Positions 28,494 to 38,139 of a stretch of 64,000 nucleotides of DNA are shown piece after piece. The DNA lies in assembly GCA_963798915.1 (NCBI GenBank), contig CAWCVB010000006.1, positions 224,001 through 288,000 of the forward strand. The letters are read 5' to 3'. Below the pieces are notes generated by a model that saw only the letters and a list, made by a program, of their open reading frames with translations, had not been told where the DNA came from and did not search any database. The position numbers and the translations under genes are program-made. Position 1 is the stretch's first letter. Each line of letters begins with the position of its first letter. The stretch is from an uncultured Gemmatimonadales bacterium (GTDB taxonomy: Bacteria; Gemmatimonadota; Gemmatimonadetes; Gemmatimonadales; GWC2-71-9).

Positions 28494-30745
28494 GGCTCCA
28501 TCTCCTGCGCTGGGGGCTGGTACTCGGCGCGCCGACGTCTGCCGGCGACGCTCACGTGGTAGCCGTCGGTGGTCACCGCGATGGATCCGTCCTGGTCCGT
28601 TCGCCATACGGCGATGCCGTGCTGTGCAAGTCGTGCCAGCGCTTGCTGGCTCGGGTGACCATAGCGATTGTGGCCAACACTTACGACTGCGAGTTCTGGG
28701 TGCAACTCATCGAGCCATCGGTCGCCGCTTGCCCAGCGGCTTCCATGGTGGCCCACCTTGAGCAGGTCCACCCGGCCCACCGATCCGGCCATGCGCGTTT
28801 CGGCGGGAAATCCGGCGTCGCCGGCGAGAAGCGCGCGAAACGCCCGGTACTCCACCAGCAGCACCGCCGAGTCCTCGTTGAGATCAAGGCCCCATGCGGC
28901 CCAGGCCGTGTCTGGATGCAGCACTGTGAATCGGACGCTGTCGATCTCGAAATGCAGGCCTGAGCGGGCTGGCCGCCAGCGGGCGCCGTCCTCCGCCACC
29001 GCGGCAAGGAAGTCGGTGTAGACCGGATCGGCCACGAGTTCACCCGGCTCCACGACCACGCCGGTCCGGACCTGATCCAGCACCGCCGGCGCTCCGCCAA
29101 TGTGATCGGCATGCGCGTGAGAGATGATCATCACGTCGAGCCGGTGCACTCTGTGGCGGGCCAGGAACGGCAGTACCACGCGCCGGCCGGCGTCGGATGT
29201 GGGAGAGCGCGGGCCGGCGTCCACCAGCACCCAATGGCCGTGCGGCGTGCGAATGGCCGCGCCGTCGCCCTGTCCCACATCGAGAAAATGTAACGTGAGG
29301 CCATCGCGGCCGTCACCCGCGGGGGCCGGCAGCACGGCCAGCGCGGCGATCCACGACGCGAGCGCCAGCGTCGCTGCAACTCGCCGGGCTGCCTCCGGGA
29401 GTGTGACGAAGGGTCCGGCTGCCCACCGGACCGCCATCAGCACGACTCCGGCGCCGACGGCAGAAGCCAAGGTGGGCGGCACAAGCAGGCACCCGTGAGG
29501 TAATGCGGCACCGGCGCGCGCCAGGAGCTCGAGGGCGTGGAGCCCAAGCCCAGCGCCCGCAGCGAGCGCTCCAGCGAGACCCGGCAGCACAGGATGGACC
29601 AGGAGACTGGCGACGACCCCGGGCACCGCCAGGGCGGCCAGCGGGATGGCCGCGAGGTTGAGGACAATGCCGATCAGCGGCACGGTTCCGAAGATTCCTG
29701 CTGTGATCGGAGCGGTCGCGAGGGTGGCGCCGGTGGACGTCGCGACCAGCCGTGGGAGAGTGCGCGCACTGAGGACTCGTTCGCACCACGCCGCCGCCCA
29801 CGCGGCGCCCGCCAGGGCCGCCACCGAGAGCCAGGCTCCCACCGAAACGACGGCCCACGGGTCGCCCAGGGCCACCAGAAGGCAGGTAAGCGCGAGCAGG
29901 GGTCCGAGCGACGCGTGACGTTGGCGCTGCAGCTGGGCGGCCCCGAGCAGGCACAGCACCGCGGCGCGCGTCGCTGGCGCGGGCCAGCCCAGGAATCCGG
30001 CGTAGGCGACGCCAACCGAAGCGCCACACCACAGCGCCCGCCGCCGGTCAAAACCCAGGGCACGCACCGCGAGCACGATCCAGGCGACAATGAGCCCGAC
30101 GTGAAACCCGGAGATGCTGAGCAGATGCACCAGGCCACTGCTGGCGAAGCTCCGCTTGATCTCGGGATCGAGGCTGCCGCGTGCGCCGAGCACAAGGGCA
30201 TCCACCAGGGGCGCGCGCGCGCCGTAGAGCATACGACTCGAGCGTGCCAGCTGGCGGCGGATCCGTTCGGACGGCGTGGGATGGTCACCCAGGCCGTGGA
30301 GATCGTGCGCGACCAGGATGCCGCCGACCAGCCCCAGGGGGCCGCTTCGCGACAGCCATCGCCCCCGGACCCGGACAACCCTGCCCGCCGGAAGCGTTTT
30401 TCCCGCCGGCAGGAGCATTGTTACCCGGCCACGACAGCCGGCGGCAAGCGGCGTCGCCGATGCCTGGCCGTGGCCCTCGCCCTCATCATGCAGGCGCAGG
30501 GTCAGCTCGATGCTGCCCGATGGAAGACGTGCGGCGCAGGCCTGGGCGGCGGACCACCGGGCCGTACGGCCGGTCGCCACGCCCAGCAGCACGGCCACCC
30601 CCGCGAAGCGCAGGTGTCCCTTGCTCGTCGAGAGCAGGACGGTCAGCGCCAGCACGCAGCACAGTCCCCAAAAATGCGAAAGGCCGGTCAGCAGACCGGC
30701 CCCGAAAACCAGGATGAACATCGAGCCAGCGCGCGCCGGCCCCAT
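28490..30745 (-). CDS. comEC: DNA uptake channel ComEC/Rec2
   Basis: [10 protein letters not shown] competence domain, many TM segments, MBL domain LDVGQGD / [10 protein letters not shown] / KVGHHGS. Confidence 0.95.
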   Translation of the reverse strand: MGPARAGSMFILVFGAGLLTGLSHFWGLCCVLALTVLLSTSKGHLRFAGVAVLLGVATGRTARWSAAQACAARLPSGSIELTLRLHDEGEGHGQASATPLAAGCRGRVTMLLPAGKTLPAGRVVRVRGRWLSRSGPLGLVGGILVAHDLHGLGDHPTPSERIRRQLARSSRMLYGARAPLVDALVLGARGSLDPEIKRSFASSGLVHLLSISGFHVGLIVAWIVLAVRALGFDRRRALWCGASVGVAYAGFLGWPAPATRAAVLCLLGAAQLQRQRHASLGPLLALTCLLVALGDPWAVVSVGAWLSVAALAGAAWAAAWCERVLSARTLPRLVATSTGATLATAPITAGIFGTVPLIGIVLNLAAIPLAALAVPGVVASLLVHPVLPGLAGALAAGAGLGLHALELLARAGAALPHGCLLVPPTLASAVGAGVVLMAVRWAAGPFVTLPEAARRVAATLALASWIAALAVLPAPAGDGRDGLTLHFLDVGQGDGAAIRTPHGHWVLVDAGPRSPTSDAGRRVVLPFLARHRVHRLDVMIISHAHADHIGGAPAVLDQVRTGVVVEPGELVADPVYTDFLAAVAEDGARWRPARSGLHFEIDSVRFTVLHPDTAWAAWGLDLNEDSAVLLVEYRAFRALLAGDAGFPAETRMAGSVGRVDLLKVGHHGSRWASGDRWLDELHPELAVVSVGHNRYGHPSQQALARLAQHGIAVWRTDQDGSIAVTTDGYHVSVAGRRRRAEYQPPAQEMEP

Positions 30746-30755
30746 CAGCCCGAGC

Positions 30756-31043
30756 TCATGAGTCCGGTCGGGCCGCGGTGCGACCACAGCGGGGAGCCTG
30801 GTTCACTCGCTTGAAGCCCTGCATCACGATGACTTCGATCTGCGCACGGGATTGATCCTTCTCCAGGGCCAATTCCGTCATGACGCTCCCTTCCCGGGTG
30901 TTGACGTAGCGCGCCGGCAGCCGATTGAGTGCGTAAATCAGGACGTCTCCGCGGCATGTCTCGCAACCGCAGAAATCCGGAAAGTGGGTGAGCAGACCAT
31001 CGTAAGCGGCTTCCACATGCTCTTCGGCCATGTTCTTGATCAT
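30756..31043 (-). CDS. ComFB (late competence development) family protein
   Basis: N..EE.V, CGCETCRGD...ALNRLPARYV and C-terminal V..APR match the ComFB pattern. Confidence 0.88.
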   Translation of the reverse strand: MIKNMAEEHVEAAYDGLLTHFPDFCGCETCRGDVLIYALNRLPARYVNTREGSVMTELALEKDQSRAQIEVIVMQGFKRVNQAPRCGRTAARPDS

Positions 31044-32356
31044 AGCAGTGCCAATCCCCTTTCCTGCATCATCATCCCGGTGAAAGTCGAACCAGTCGAA
31101 CCCGTCAGCCGCACGGTCACGTACCGGCCGATATCGGCTGGACCCAGGGGCAACAGCACCATCTGGTTCCCCCGGGTACGGCCCAGCATCATCCCGCCCC
31201 GACGAGCGGGTCGCTCGACCAGCACCTCATGCCCGGTGCCAACCCGGCCCAGATTTCGCTGCCGGGTCTGGGCTCGCACCAGGACAATGAGGCGGGCCAG
31301 TCGTTCCGACGACTCCTCATCGCTGACCGCCTCCTTCATGCGGGTCGCCGGGGTCCCGTCCCGGGGCGAATACTTGAACGTGTACGCGTCGTCAAAGCCC
31401 GCCTCGGTGACCAGTGACAACGTTTCGGCAAACTGCGCCTCGGTTTCGCCCGGAAAGCCGACGATGATGTCGGTCGAGAACGTGATGCCGGGAATGGCGC
31501 TCCGGAGCCGCTCGACGACGGCCAGGTATTGCTCCCGCGAATAGCGCCGCAACATCCGCCGCAGCACCGCATTGGAGCCGCTCTGGACCGGCAGGTGGAC
31601 GTGCTCACAGACCGCCGGCGTGCTGGCCATGGCTTCGATGACGCCGGATGTGAACTCTGTCGGATACGGACTGGTGAACCGAAGGCGTCGAATGCCGTCC
31701 ACCGCACCCACCTGGCGCAACAGCTCGCCAAAATCGTGAGTGCCGTCGTGATAACTGTTGACCGTCTGCCCCAGCAGGGTCACCTCGGTGGTGCCCTGAG
31801 CCGCCAGTCCGCGTACCTCGTCCACGACATCCAGGAGCTTACGACTCCGCTCCGCACCGCGCGTGTACGGAACAATGCAGAAGGTGCACCGGAAATCGCA
31901 TCCGCGCTGCACCGTGACGAACTGCGTCGGGCCTGGCTGCCGGATCGGTGGCACATCTTCGTAGTGCTCCCACGATCGAAACCCGGTGTCGACGACCCGG
32001 GCACCGCCGGCACTCTCATCGAGCAGCGCCGGCAGGCTCCGGTACACATCAGGCCCAGCGACGAGATCCACCCGTGGCACCGCTTCGAGCAGCATCGGTC
32101 CGAGTCGCTGGGCCATGCAGCCCACCACTCCGAGTACGTCCCCTGGTCGCTTGTGGCGCTGCAACTCACCGACCCGGCCCACAACGCGCTGTTCGGCATT
32201 GTCGCGGACTGCGCACGTATTCACCAGCATCACGTCCGCATCTTCGGGCGACTCGGTCCGTTCGTAGCCGGCGCGGCCCAGCACTCCGAACATCAGTTCG
32301 GTGTCGGCCACGTTCATCTGGCAGCCGTACGTTTCGATGTAGACTCGCTTGGTCAT
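31040..32356 (-). CDS. miaB: tRNA-i6A37 methylthiotransferase
   Basis: ETYGCQMN, NTCAVR, GCMAQ, CDFRCTFC radical-SAM motif, C-terminal TRAM domain. Confidence 0.97.
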   Translation of the reverse strand: MTKRVYIETYGCQMNVADTELMFGVLGRAGYERTESPEDADVMLVNTCAVRDNAEQRVVGRVGELQRHKRPGDVLGVVGCMAQRLGPMLLEAVPRVDLVAGPDVYRSLPALLDESAGGARVVDTGFRSWEHYEDVPPIRQPGPTQFVTVQRGCDFRCTFCIVPYTRGAERSRKLLDVVDEVRGLAAQGTTEVTLLGQTVNSYHDGTHDFGELLRQVGAVDGIRRLRFTSPYPTEFTSGVIEAMASTPAVCEHVHLPVQSGSNAVLRRMLRRYSREQYLAVVERLRSAIPGITFSTDIIVGFPGETEAQFAETLSLVTEAGFDDAYTFKYSPRDGTPATRMKEAVSDEESSERLARLIVLVRAQTRQRNLGRVGTGHEVLVERPARRGGMMLGRTRGNQMVLLPLGPADIGRYVTVRLTGSTGSTFTGMMMQERGLALL

Positions 32357-32358
32357 GA

Positions 32359-33510
32359 TCAAGGTCGCAGGGTGACGCCCGCTGCCAGCAGGACGGCCGA
32401 TTCGTGGTATCCGCCCACAGCAGTCCGCCTCACATAGTCCAACGAGAGTGAGACCAGTCCCGTCGGTGATCCGGCAGAGCCCTGCCGCGCAACGACCATC
32501 GCCGTACCCAGGGCCAGCCCCATCTCGCGCGGCTGAGCACCGGAGGTGGCCGGAAATGGCAAGGTTCGGTAATGCGCCCCGACTCGAAGCGGCAGGCGAT
32601 CGGGGTCGCGGGCACTGCGCAGCCACTCCGCACCGGCGGAGATATCCACCGTGTTCCGCGCACCGGTACCTCCCAGAGCGCGCAGGTCGGAATCGGCCGC
32701 ACCCCAGCGCCTCGAACTGACCGTCGCGGCCAGATCCAGTCGCGCCGCCGGACGCCATCGGAGCGATCCGCCGAACGACCAGGGCAGTTCCACGGCACCT
32801 ACCCGGCTGCTGTCGCGGTCAACATTCGCGTGCCCATCGAGTCGCACGAAGGCGGCCAGCGCGGCGTGATGGCCAATGGCCCGCAGGAGCCCGGCGGACA
32901 CGCCGAGACCAGCATAGGAAATCTCCGCCTTCTGGTTCACCGGCTGATAGAGCGTGTCACCGAAGGCCCGGCTCAAGGAGATACGGGCGCTGCCGGTGAT
33001 AACGTGAAGCCCGGTGCCGAGACTCCATCCCGATTGGCGAATCGCCGCCAGCAGCCCAAGGTCGCTCAGACCGCCGGTCGAGGTCAGCGTGTCGAAGACC
33101 GGAACAGGCGAGCCCCGCAAATCGACCGTATCGGCGGCAGGCAGGAGGAAATCCCGGTCGGTGTAGTTCGCAAAGGTCGCGCCGAGGGCAAGGGACGTTC
33201 CGGGAATGGGACCGCCGACTGCCACGAGCGGAAAACGGGTATCACGCCCAGTCGCCGACTGCTGCGGACCCGACGAGGACCGGTAATTCTGCAGTATCGT
33301 GAAGGAAGCGTTGAATCGCGCATACTCGCGCACGGCTGCGGGATTGACCGCTGAGGTCGGATCGAACAGCCCGAAACTGCCGCCGGTCGCAAGGGCGCGG
33401 GGCGACATCTGGCGGCTGGTGAGCCCGAGGCCGTTGACGCCGAACTGGGAGGACTGGGCCAGCACGGTTCCCGGAATGGCCAGGAGAAAGACCGCAAGGA
33501 GCCGCCGCAC
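32359..33510 (-). CDS. Putative outer-membrane beta-barrel protein (FadL/PorV-like N-terminus)
   Basis: Signal peptide ending VLA-Q; RALATGG...NPAA motif; amphipathic beta-strands. Confidence 0.65.
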   Translation of the reverse strand: MRRLLAVFLLAIPGTVLAQSSQFGVNGLGLTSRQMSPRALATGGSFGLFDPTSAVNPAAVREYARFNASFTILQNYRSSSGPQQSATGRDTRFPLVAVGGPIPGTSLALGATFANYTDRDFLLPAADTVDLRGSPVPVFDTLTSTGGLSDLGLLAAIRQSGWSLGTGLHVITGSARISLSRAFGDTLYQPVNQKAEISYAGLGVSAGLLRAIGHHAALAAFVRLDGHANVDRDSSRVGAVELPWSFGGSLRWRPAARLDLAATVSSRRWGAADSDLRALGGTGARNTVDISAGAEWLRSARDPDRLPLRVGAHYRTLPFPATSGAQPREMGLALGTAMVVARQGSAGSPTGLVSLSLDYVRRTAVGGYHESAVLLAAGVTLRP

Positions 33511-34709
33511 TATTGGACCTCGAAGGGATATGGCAACGCGTAGGTAATCCGGATGGCGGGCCGCGCCCCGGGCGTTCGGCTGGAGCCGAAATGCGCCAGC
33601 CCGAAGGTGGATGCCTCTGGCGTGAGCGCCAGGATCAGCGAGGATGGAATTCCGTCGGCGCTGTTCCAGAGTCGCGCCACGCTCGTGACATCGAGCGCGA
33701 GCGAGTCGCTGTCGCCGGCATGCAGCTCATGCGTGGTGATCAACTCCGCCGCTGTCTGGATCCGCGGGGACTTGGGACCGAGATCCGAGAAGACGCCCTC
33801 GATGTCGAGCAAGGTCGTGTCGCCGGTTATTGCGCGCACCGGCTGCACCGGAACCAGGATCAGCGTGGCACGTACGATCTCGGCCGAATCGGTGATGCGC
33901 TGCGGTACGCTGAAGCGCAGGATGGAGCGGGCGGAGGGCAGCCCGCCCGCGACCAGGGTGTCCGATCCTGGCGGCGCCATCGGCGCGTCGGTCAGCGTGG
34001 CGTTGAACAGCACGATGCGCGGAATTTCCTGCACCACCGTCGTATCCGGCAGCGCGGCGCGCAGCCAGGAGATGAATTCAGGACCCGCGGTTCCTGCACC
34101 AGCCGACCCGATGGCGACGCCACTGGGCGTCGGGCTGTTCAAACGGTACGCCAGGCGCAGCACGTTGCTGTCGGCAGGCGCAAACGCCACCTTCGCCAGG
34201 TCGGCACCGGCAAAGCGCAGTCGCACCGAGCCGGACGTCAGGTCGTCCGGGAGCGCGATGGTTCCCAGCCGATGATCCTCCGTGAGCGCCCCGGCAACAT
34301 CCGCGTAGGTGGTGTTCGAGTCCAGCGCTATCGCCGCTGGGAGCCGGAAGACGTCCAGCGTGAGGCCGGTGGCGGCTGGATCGCGTCCCAGCACGGTGAG
34401 CGATAGAATGACGGAATCCCGTTCCGCCGCCCGTAACGTGTCCTGGTAGGAAATTGAGTCGAGCGCCCGGGCAAAGCGCACCACGCCGATGGACTGCGCG
34501 CCGTCAAAGCCATCCGAGAGCAGCAGCCTGATGCCCTGCGACGAACTCACAAAGCCGGCATAAGTACTGTCGCGCTCGGCGGGGATGACCGTGTCGCGTA
34601 CAAGCAGGTGCTCGGCGGGACAATTGCCCGGACAGTCACCGGGGGCCGTTAACCGTTCGCTGCAGCCCGCCACACCGGCGACGCCCAGCAACAGCAGGAG
34701 TTGCCTCAT
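33510..34709 (-). CDS. Hypothetical lipoprotein
   Basis: MRQLLLLLGVAGVAG-C lipobox; beta-rich; ATGA overlap with cdd stop. Confidence 0.75.
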   Translation of the reverse strand: MRQLLLLLGVAGVAGCSERLTAPGDCPGNCPAEHLLVRDTVIPAERDSTYAGFVSSSQGIRLLLSDGFDGAQSIGVVRFARALDSISYQDTLRAAERDSVILSLTVLGRDPAATGLTLDVFRLPAAIALDSNTTYADVAGALTEDHRLGTIALPDDLTSGSVRLRFAGADLAKVAFAPADSNVLRLAYRLNSPTPSGVAIGSAGAGTAGPEFISWLRAALPDTTVVQEIPRIVLFNATLTDAPMAPPGSDTLVAGGLPSARSILRFSVPQRITDSAEIVRATLILVPVQPVRAITGDTTLLDIEGVFSDLGPKSPRIQTAAELITTHELHAGDSDSLALDVTSVARLWNSADGIPSSLILALTPEASTFGLAHFGSSRTPGARPAIRITYALPYPFEVQ

Positions 34710-35092
34710 GCCAGCGACTCCGGTCCGAAGGCGGCAGGCAGGAGATCCCGCACGATCCACTGCGTCCGGGTGGACCTGCCAATGCCCTCGACGACCAGGT
34801 CGAGGTTGAATTCGGCCAGCACCTGCCGACAGGCGCCGCATGGTGCCGCCGGCGGATCGGTGTCGCTCACCACCACAACCCGCCGAAAACCACGGGCTCC
34901 CTGGCTGAGCGCCGCCGCGAGGGCCGAGCGCTCAGCACACATCGTAAGGCCGTACGAGGCATTTTCCACATTGCACCCGGCAAAGATGGCTCCATCCTCC
35001 GCCTCGATCGCGGCTCCAACCCGAAAATGTGAATAGGGAGCGTACGCGTGCGCCTGCGCCGCGCGCGCGGCCAGCTCCAGTCCGTCTGTCAC
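34706..35092 (-). CDS. cdd: Cytidine deaminase
   Basis: AYAPYSHFRVGAA, GCNVENASYGLTMCAER, PCGACRQ. Confidence 0.97.
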   Translation of the reverse strand: MTDGLELAARAAQAHAYAPYSHFRVGAAIEAEDGAIFAGCNVENASYGLTMCAERSALAAALSQGARGFRRVVVVSDTDPPAAPCGACRQVLAEFNLDLVVEGIGRSTRTQWIVRDLLPAAFGPESLA

Positions 35093-36255
35093 GTCCAGAC
35101 CTCGTTGAGAAATGAGGTGCCCGCGGCGAGCGGGCCGGCCCCCAGAAATTCGGCCACCGTCTGCCCCACATCGGCAAAGGTGGCCCGCCGTCCCAGGGAA
35201 ACAGGCCGCACTCGCGGGCCGGCCACCAGCAGAGGAACCACTTCTCGGGAATGATCCGTGGAAGGGGTCGTGGGATCGTTGCCGTGATCGGCCGTAAAGA
35301 TAATGACGTCGTCGCGCCGAAGCTTCCCGAGCAGCCGCGGCAGCGCCGCATCGAGCTCCTGCAGGCCGCCAAGAAAGCCGGCCACGTCATTGCGGTGACC
35401 CCAGGACTGGTCAAATTCGATCACGTTGGCAAACAGCAAGCCACGCTCCATGCTGGTCAGGGCCTCGTCCAGCAAGGTGTACGCCGCCTCATTGGTCGGC
35501 GCGTGCGTCGCACGGATGTGACGAGAGGCGAACAGGTCGTCAACCTTGCCCACGCCAACCCGCGGAATGCCGCGCTCGGCAAGCGCGTCGAGCAGAGTGC
35601 CGCTGGGCGGCGGCAGGCTGTAATCCCGCCGACCGGCGGTCCGGATCCAGGCGCCGTCCTCACCCCGGAAGGGACGCGCGATGACCCGCGAAACCGCATG
35701 CTCACCGTGGAGCATCGCACGCGCAATCCGGCACGCCGAGTAGAGTTCCTCCAATGGCACCACGGCCTCGTGGGCCGCGACCTGAAAGACGCTGTCGGCG
35801 GAGGTGTAGACAATCCAGTCACCCGTCCGGACATGCTCCTGCGCCAGCTGCTCAAGGATGGCCGTCCCCGACGACGCGCGATTGCCCAGGATCCCTCGGC
35901 CGGTCAACCGGCTGAACTCCTGGACGACGTCTTCCGGAAAGCCAGCGGGATATGTCGGGAACGGTCTGTCCAGAATGACGCCACAGATTTCCCAGTGTCC
36001 CGTGGTGCTGTCCTTGCCCGGGCTGACAGGTTCAGCCGTGCCCCATGCCGCACCCGCCCCCGTCACGGCTGAAATTCCCTCGAGTGGCGCGCAGCGACCG
36101 AGGCCCAGCGCCTCGAGATTGGGCAGCGCCAGTCCGGAACCGGCCAGAACATTCGCGAGCGTATTGCTCCCGCCGTCCCCATACGCAACGGTATCGGGCG
36201 CCGCTCCGATGCCCAGTCCGTCGAGCACGACGATAGCGGCACGGCGCTCGCTCAC
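35089..36255 (-). CDS. deoB: Phosphopentomutase
   Basis: VLDGLGIG, GKDSTTGHWE, YTSADSVFQVAAHE, TADHGNDPT..STDHSRE. Confidence 0.97.
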   Translation of the reverse strand: MSERRAAIVVLDGLGIGAAPDTVAYGDGGSNTLANVLAGSGLALPNLEALGLGRCAPLEGISAVTGAGAAWGTAEPVSPGKDSTTGHWEICGVILDRPFPTYPAGFPEDVVQEFSRLTGRGILGNRASSGTAILEQLAQEHVRTGDWIVYTSADSVFQVAAHEAVVPLEELYSACRIARAMLHGEHAVSRVIARPFRGEDGAWIRTAGRRDYSLPPPSGTLLDALAERGIPRVGVGKVDDLFASRHIRATHAPTNEAAYTLLDEALTSMERGLLFANVIEFDQSWGHRNDVAGFLGGLQELDAALPRLLGKLRRDDVIIFTADHGNDPTTPSTDHSREVVPLLVAGPRVRPVSLGRRATFADVGQTVAEFLGAGPLAAGTSFLNEVWT

Positions 36256-37337
36256 GGGGAGCCGGCGTACCGACGCGCGACCCGTGGAGCGAGCGCGGTG
36301 AGCAGTTCGTACGAGATGGTCCCGGCCAGCGATGCCTGTTCGTCCAGCGTCACCAGACCTCCAAAGATGGTGGCGATATCGTCCGGCCGAGTGCCGGCGC
36401 GCGCCTCGACCACCGTCATGTCCATGGTGATCCGGCCGAGAACAGGGACCCGTTTGCCATTGAGTTCCGCCACGCCGCGGCCCGAGGCTGACCGGAGCCA
36501 GCCGTCGCCATAGCCGGCGGCAATGACGGCGACCCGGGTAGCCACCTTGGCGCGCCAGGTGGCGCCATAACTCGCCGTCTGGCCCGGGACGAGTTGCTCC
36601 ACCGCGACGACCCGGGCCTGGAAGCGCGCCACCGGCTCGGGATCCCGCCCTCCGGCACGTCCGCCGTACAGAAAGATGCCTGGCCGCACCAGATCGGCGG
36701 CCCATTCCGGATTTCGCAGCAACGCGGCGCTGTTGGCGGCGTGAACCAGCGGCGGCCGGCCGATCGCATCGACGGCTCGCTGGAAGTCGGCCCATTGCAC
36801 CGGAAGGGTGCCCGGATCCTCGTCGGCGGAGTGGAAGTGCGTCGCGATCCCCTGGTAGCCCGCGGCGTCTCGCAGCAGCGTCCGCAAGGCATCACATTCG
36901 CCAGGTGCACCGGTGGCCTGGAACCCGCCACGCGCCATTCCGGTATCGATCCCGATGTGGAATGGGAGTTCGCCGGTGAGCTGGACCCAGGCGCGCACAG
37001 AGTCGAGGTCGGCCAGCAACGGCGTCAGCCTGTCGTGCGCCAGCGCCGCCAGCCAGCTCGGCGGACACGGGGTGCAGACCAGGATAGGGAGCTCAACACC
37101 TGCCGCCCGCAGTTCCCGTCCCTCTCCCGGGCTCGCCACGCCGAATCCCCACGGATCGAGCGGCAGCAGCGCGCGTGCGACGGCGACGGCACCGAGCCCG
37201 TAGCCGTTAGCTTTGACCATGGGCAGCAGGCGCGCGCCGGTGGCTGACGCCACACAGCGGGCGTTGCGGACCATGGCAGCGAGGTCCACGTCCACCCAGG
37301 CGCGTTCGAGCTGGTCAGGAGGCAGGGCGGTCGTCAC
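36252..37337 (-). CDS. alr: Alanine racemase
   Basis: VKANGYGLG (PLP Lys), VRPGIFLYG, GYGDG, GRITMD, GTISYELL; start GTG 37337 or ATG 37352. Confidence 0.95.
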   Translation of the reverse strand: MTTALPPDQLERAWVDVDLAAMVRNARCVASATGARLLPMVKANGYGLGAVAVARALLPLDPWGFGVASPGEGRELRAAGVELPILVCTPCPPSWLAALAHDRLTPLLADLDSVRAWVQLTGELPFHIGIDTGMARGGFQATGAPGECDALRTLLRDAAGYQGIATHFHSADEDPGTLPVQWADFQRAVDAIGRPPLVHAANSAALLRNPEWAADLVRPGIFLYGGRAGGRDPEPVARFQARVVAVEQLVPGQTASYGATWRAKVATRVAVIAAGYGDGWLRSASGRGVAELNGKRVPVLGRITMDMTVVEARAGTRPDDIATIFGGLVTLDEQASLAGTISYELLTALAPRVARRYAGSP

Positions 37338-37371
37338 GGTGGCGCGAATCATATTTCCGACGGGAGAAGCG

Positions 37372-38129
37372 ATGCAAGGCAAGCCGGCGTTGCGGAGGGT
37401 GATGGACCTGGTCGCCGACCTTCGAGAGCGCTGTCCCTGGGACCACGCGCAGACCCGTGCAACGCTCCGCCCGTATCTGGTCGAGGAGGTCCTCGAGCTG
37501 GACCATGCCATCGCGAGTGGAGATGCCGACGCCATCCGTGAGGAACTCGGCGACTTCATGCTGCATCTGGCTTGGCAGCTGGTGCTGTCGGAAGCTGAGG
37601 GCAGTATCACTGCGGACGCTCTTGCCGATCAGGTCGTGCGCAAGATGCAGCGGAGGCATCCGCACCTCTTTGATCTCGGGCCGCGCGAGCCGTGGGAATC
37701 GCTCAAGCGGCGCGAGCGCGCTGGCGGCACCCTGGATGGACTTCCCCCTCTCTTCCCGCGCTGCTCATGGCCTTTCGCCTGCAGGAGCGCGCGGCCTCGG
37801 TCGGGTTCGACTGGCCTGATGTCAACGGGCCGCTGGAAAAGGTACGGGAGGAGACGGCGGAGGCGCAGGCGGCCTTGGGCGAAGCCAGCCCCGAGGCCAT
37901 CCAGGACGAGCTGGGCGACCTGCTCTTTGCCGTCGTGAACCTGGCCCGGAAGGCGGGCGTTCAGCCGGAAGCCGCGCTGGAGCGCGCCAACGCCAAGTTC
38001 GCCAGCCGATTTCGCCAGATGGAGCTGATGGCGCGACAGCGCGGCATCACGATGGAGGACGTTGGGCTTGAGCACCTTGACCGGCTCTGGGACGAGGTAA
38101 AGCGGGAAGGTCCGGTCACCGCTCCCTAG
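37372..38129 (+). pseudogene. mazG: Nucleoside triphosphate pyrophosphohydrolase MazG, split by a frameshift near 37744-37748 (possibly a sequencing error)
   Basis: First frame: LRERCPWD.AQT, EELGD, RRHPHLF. Second frame: LPALL.A.RLQERAASVGFDW, DELGDLLFAVVN. One extra C in the C5 run joins them. Confidence 0.88.
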
Positions 38130-38139
38130 TCGGCCCGGG

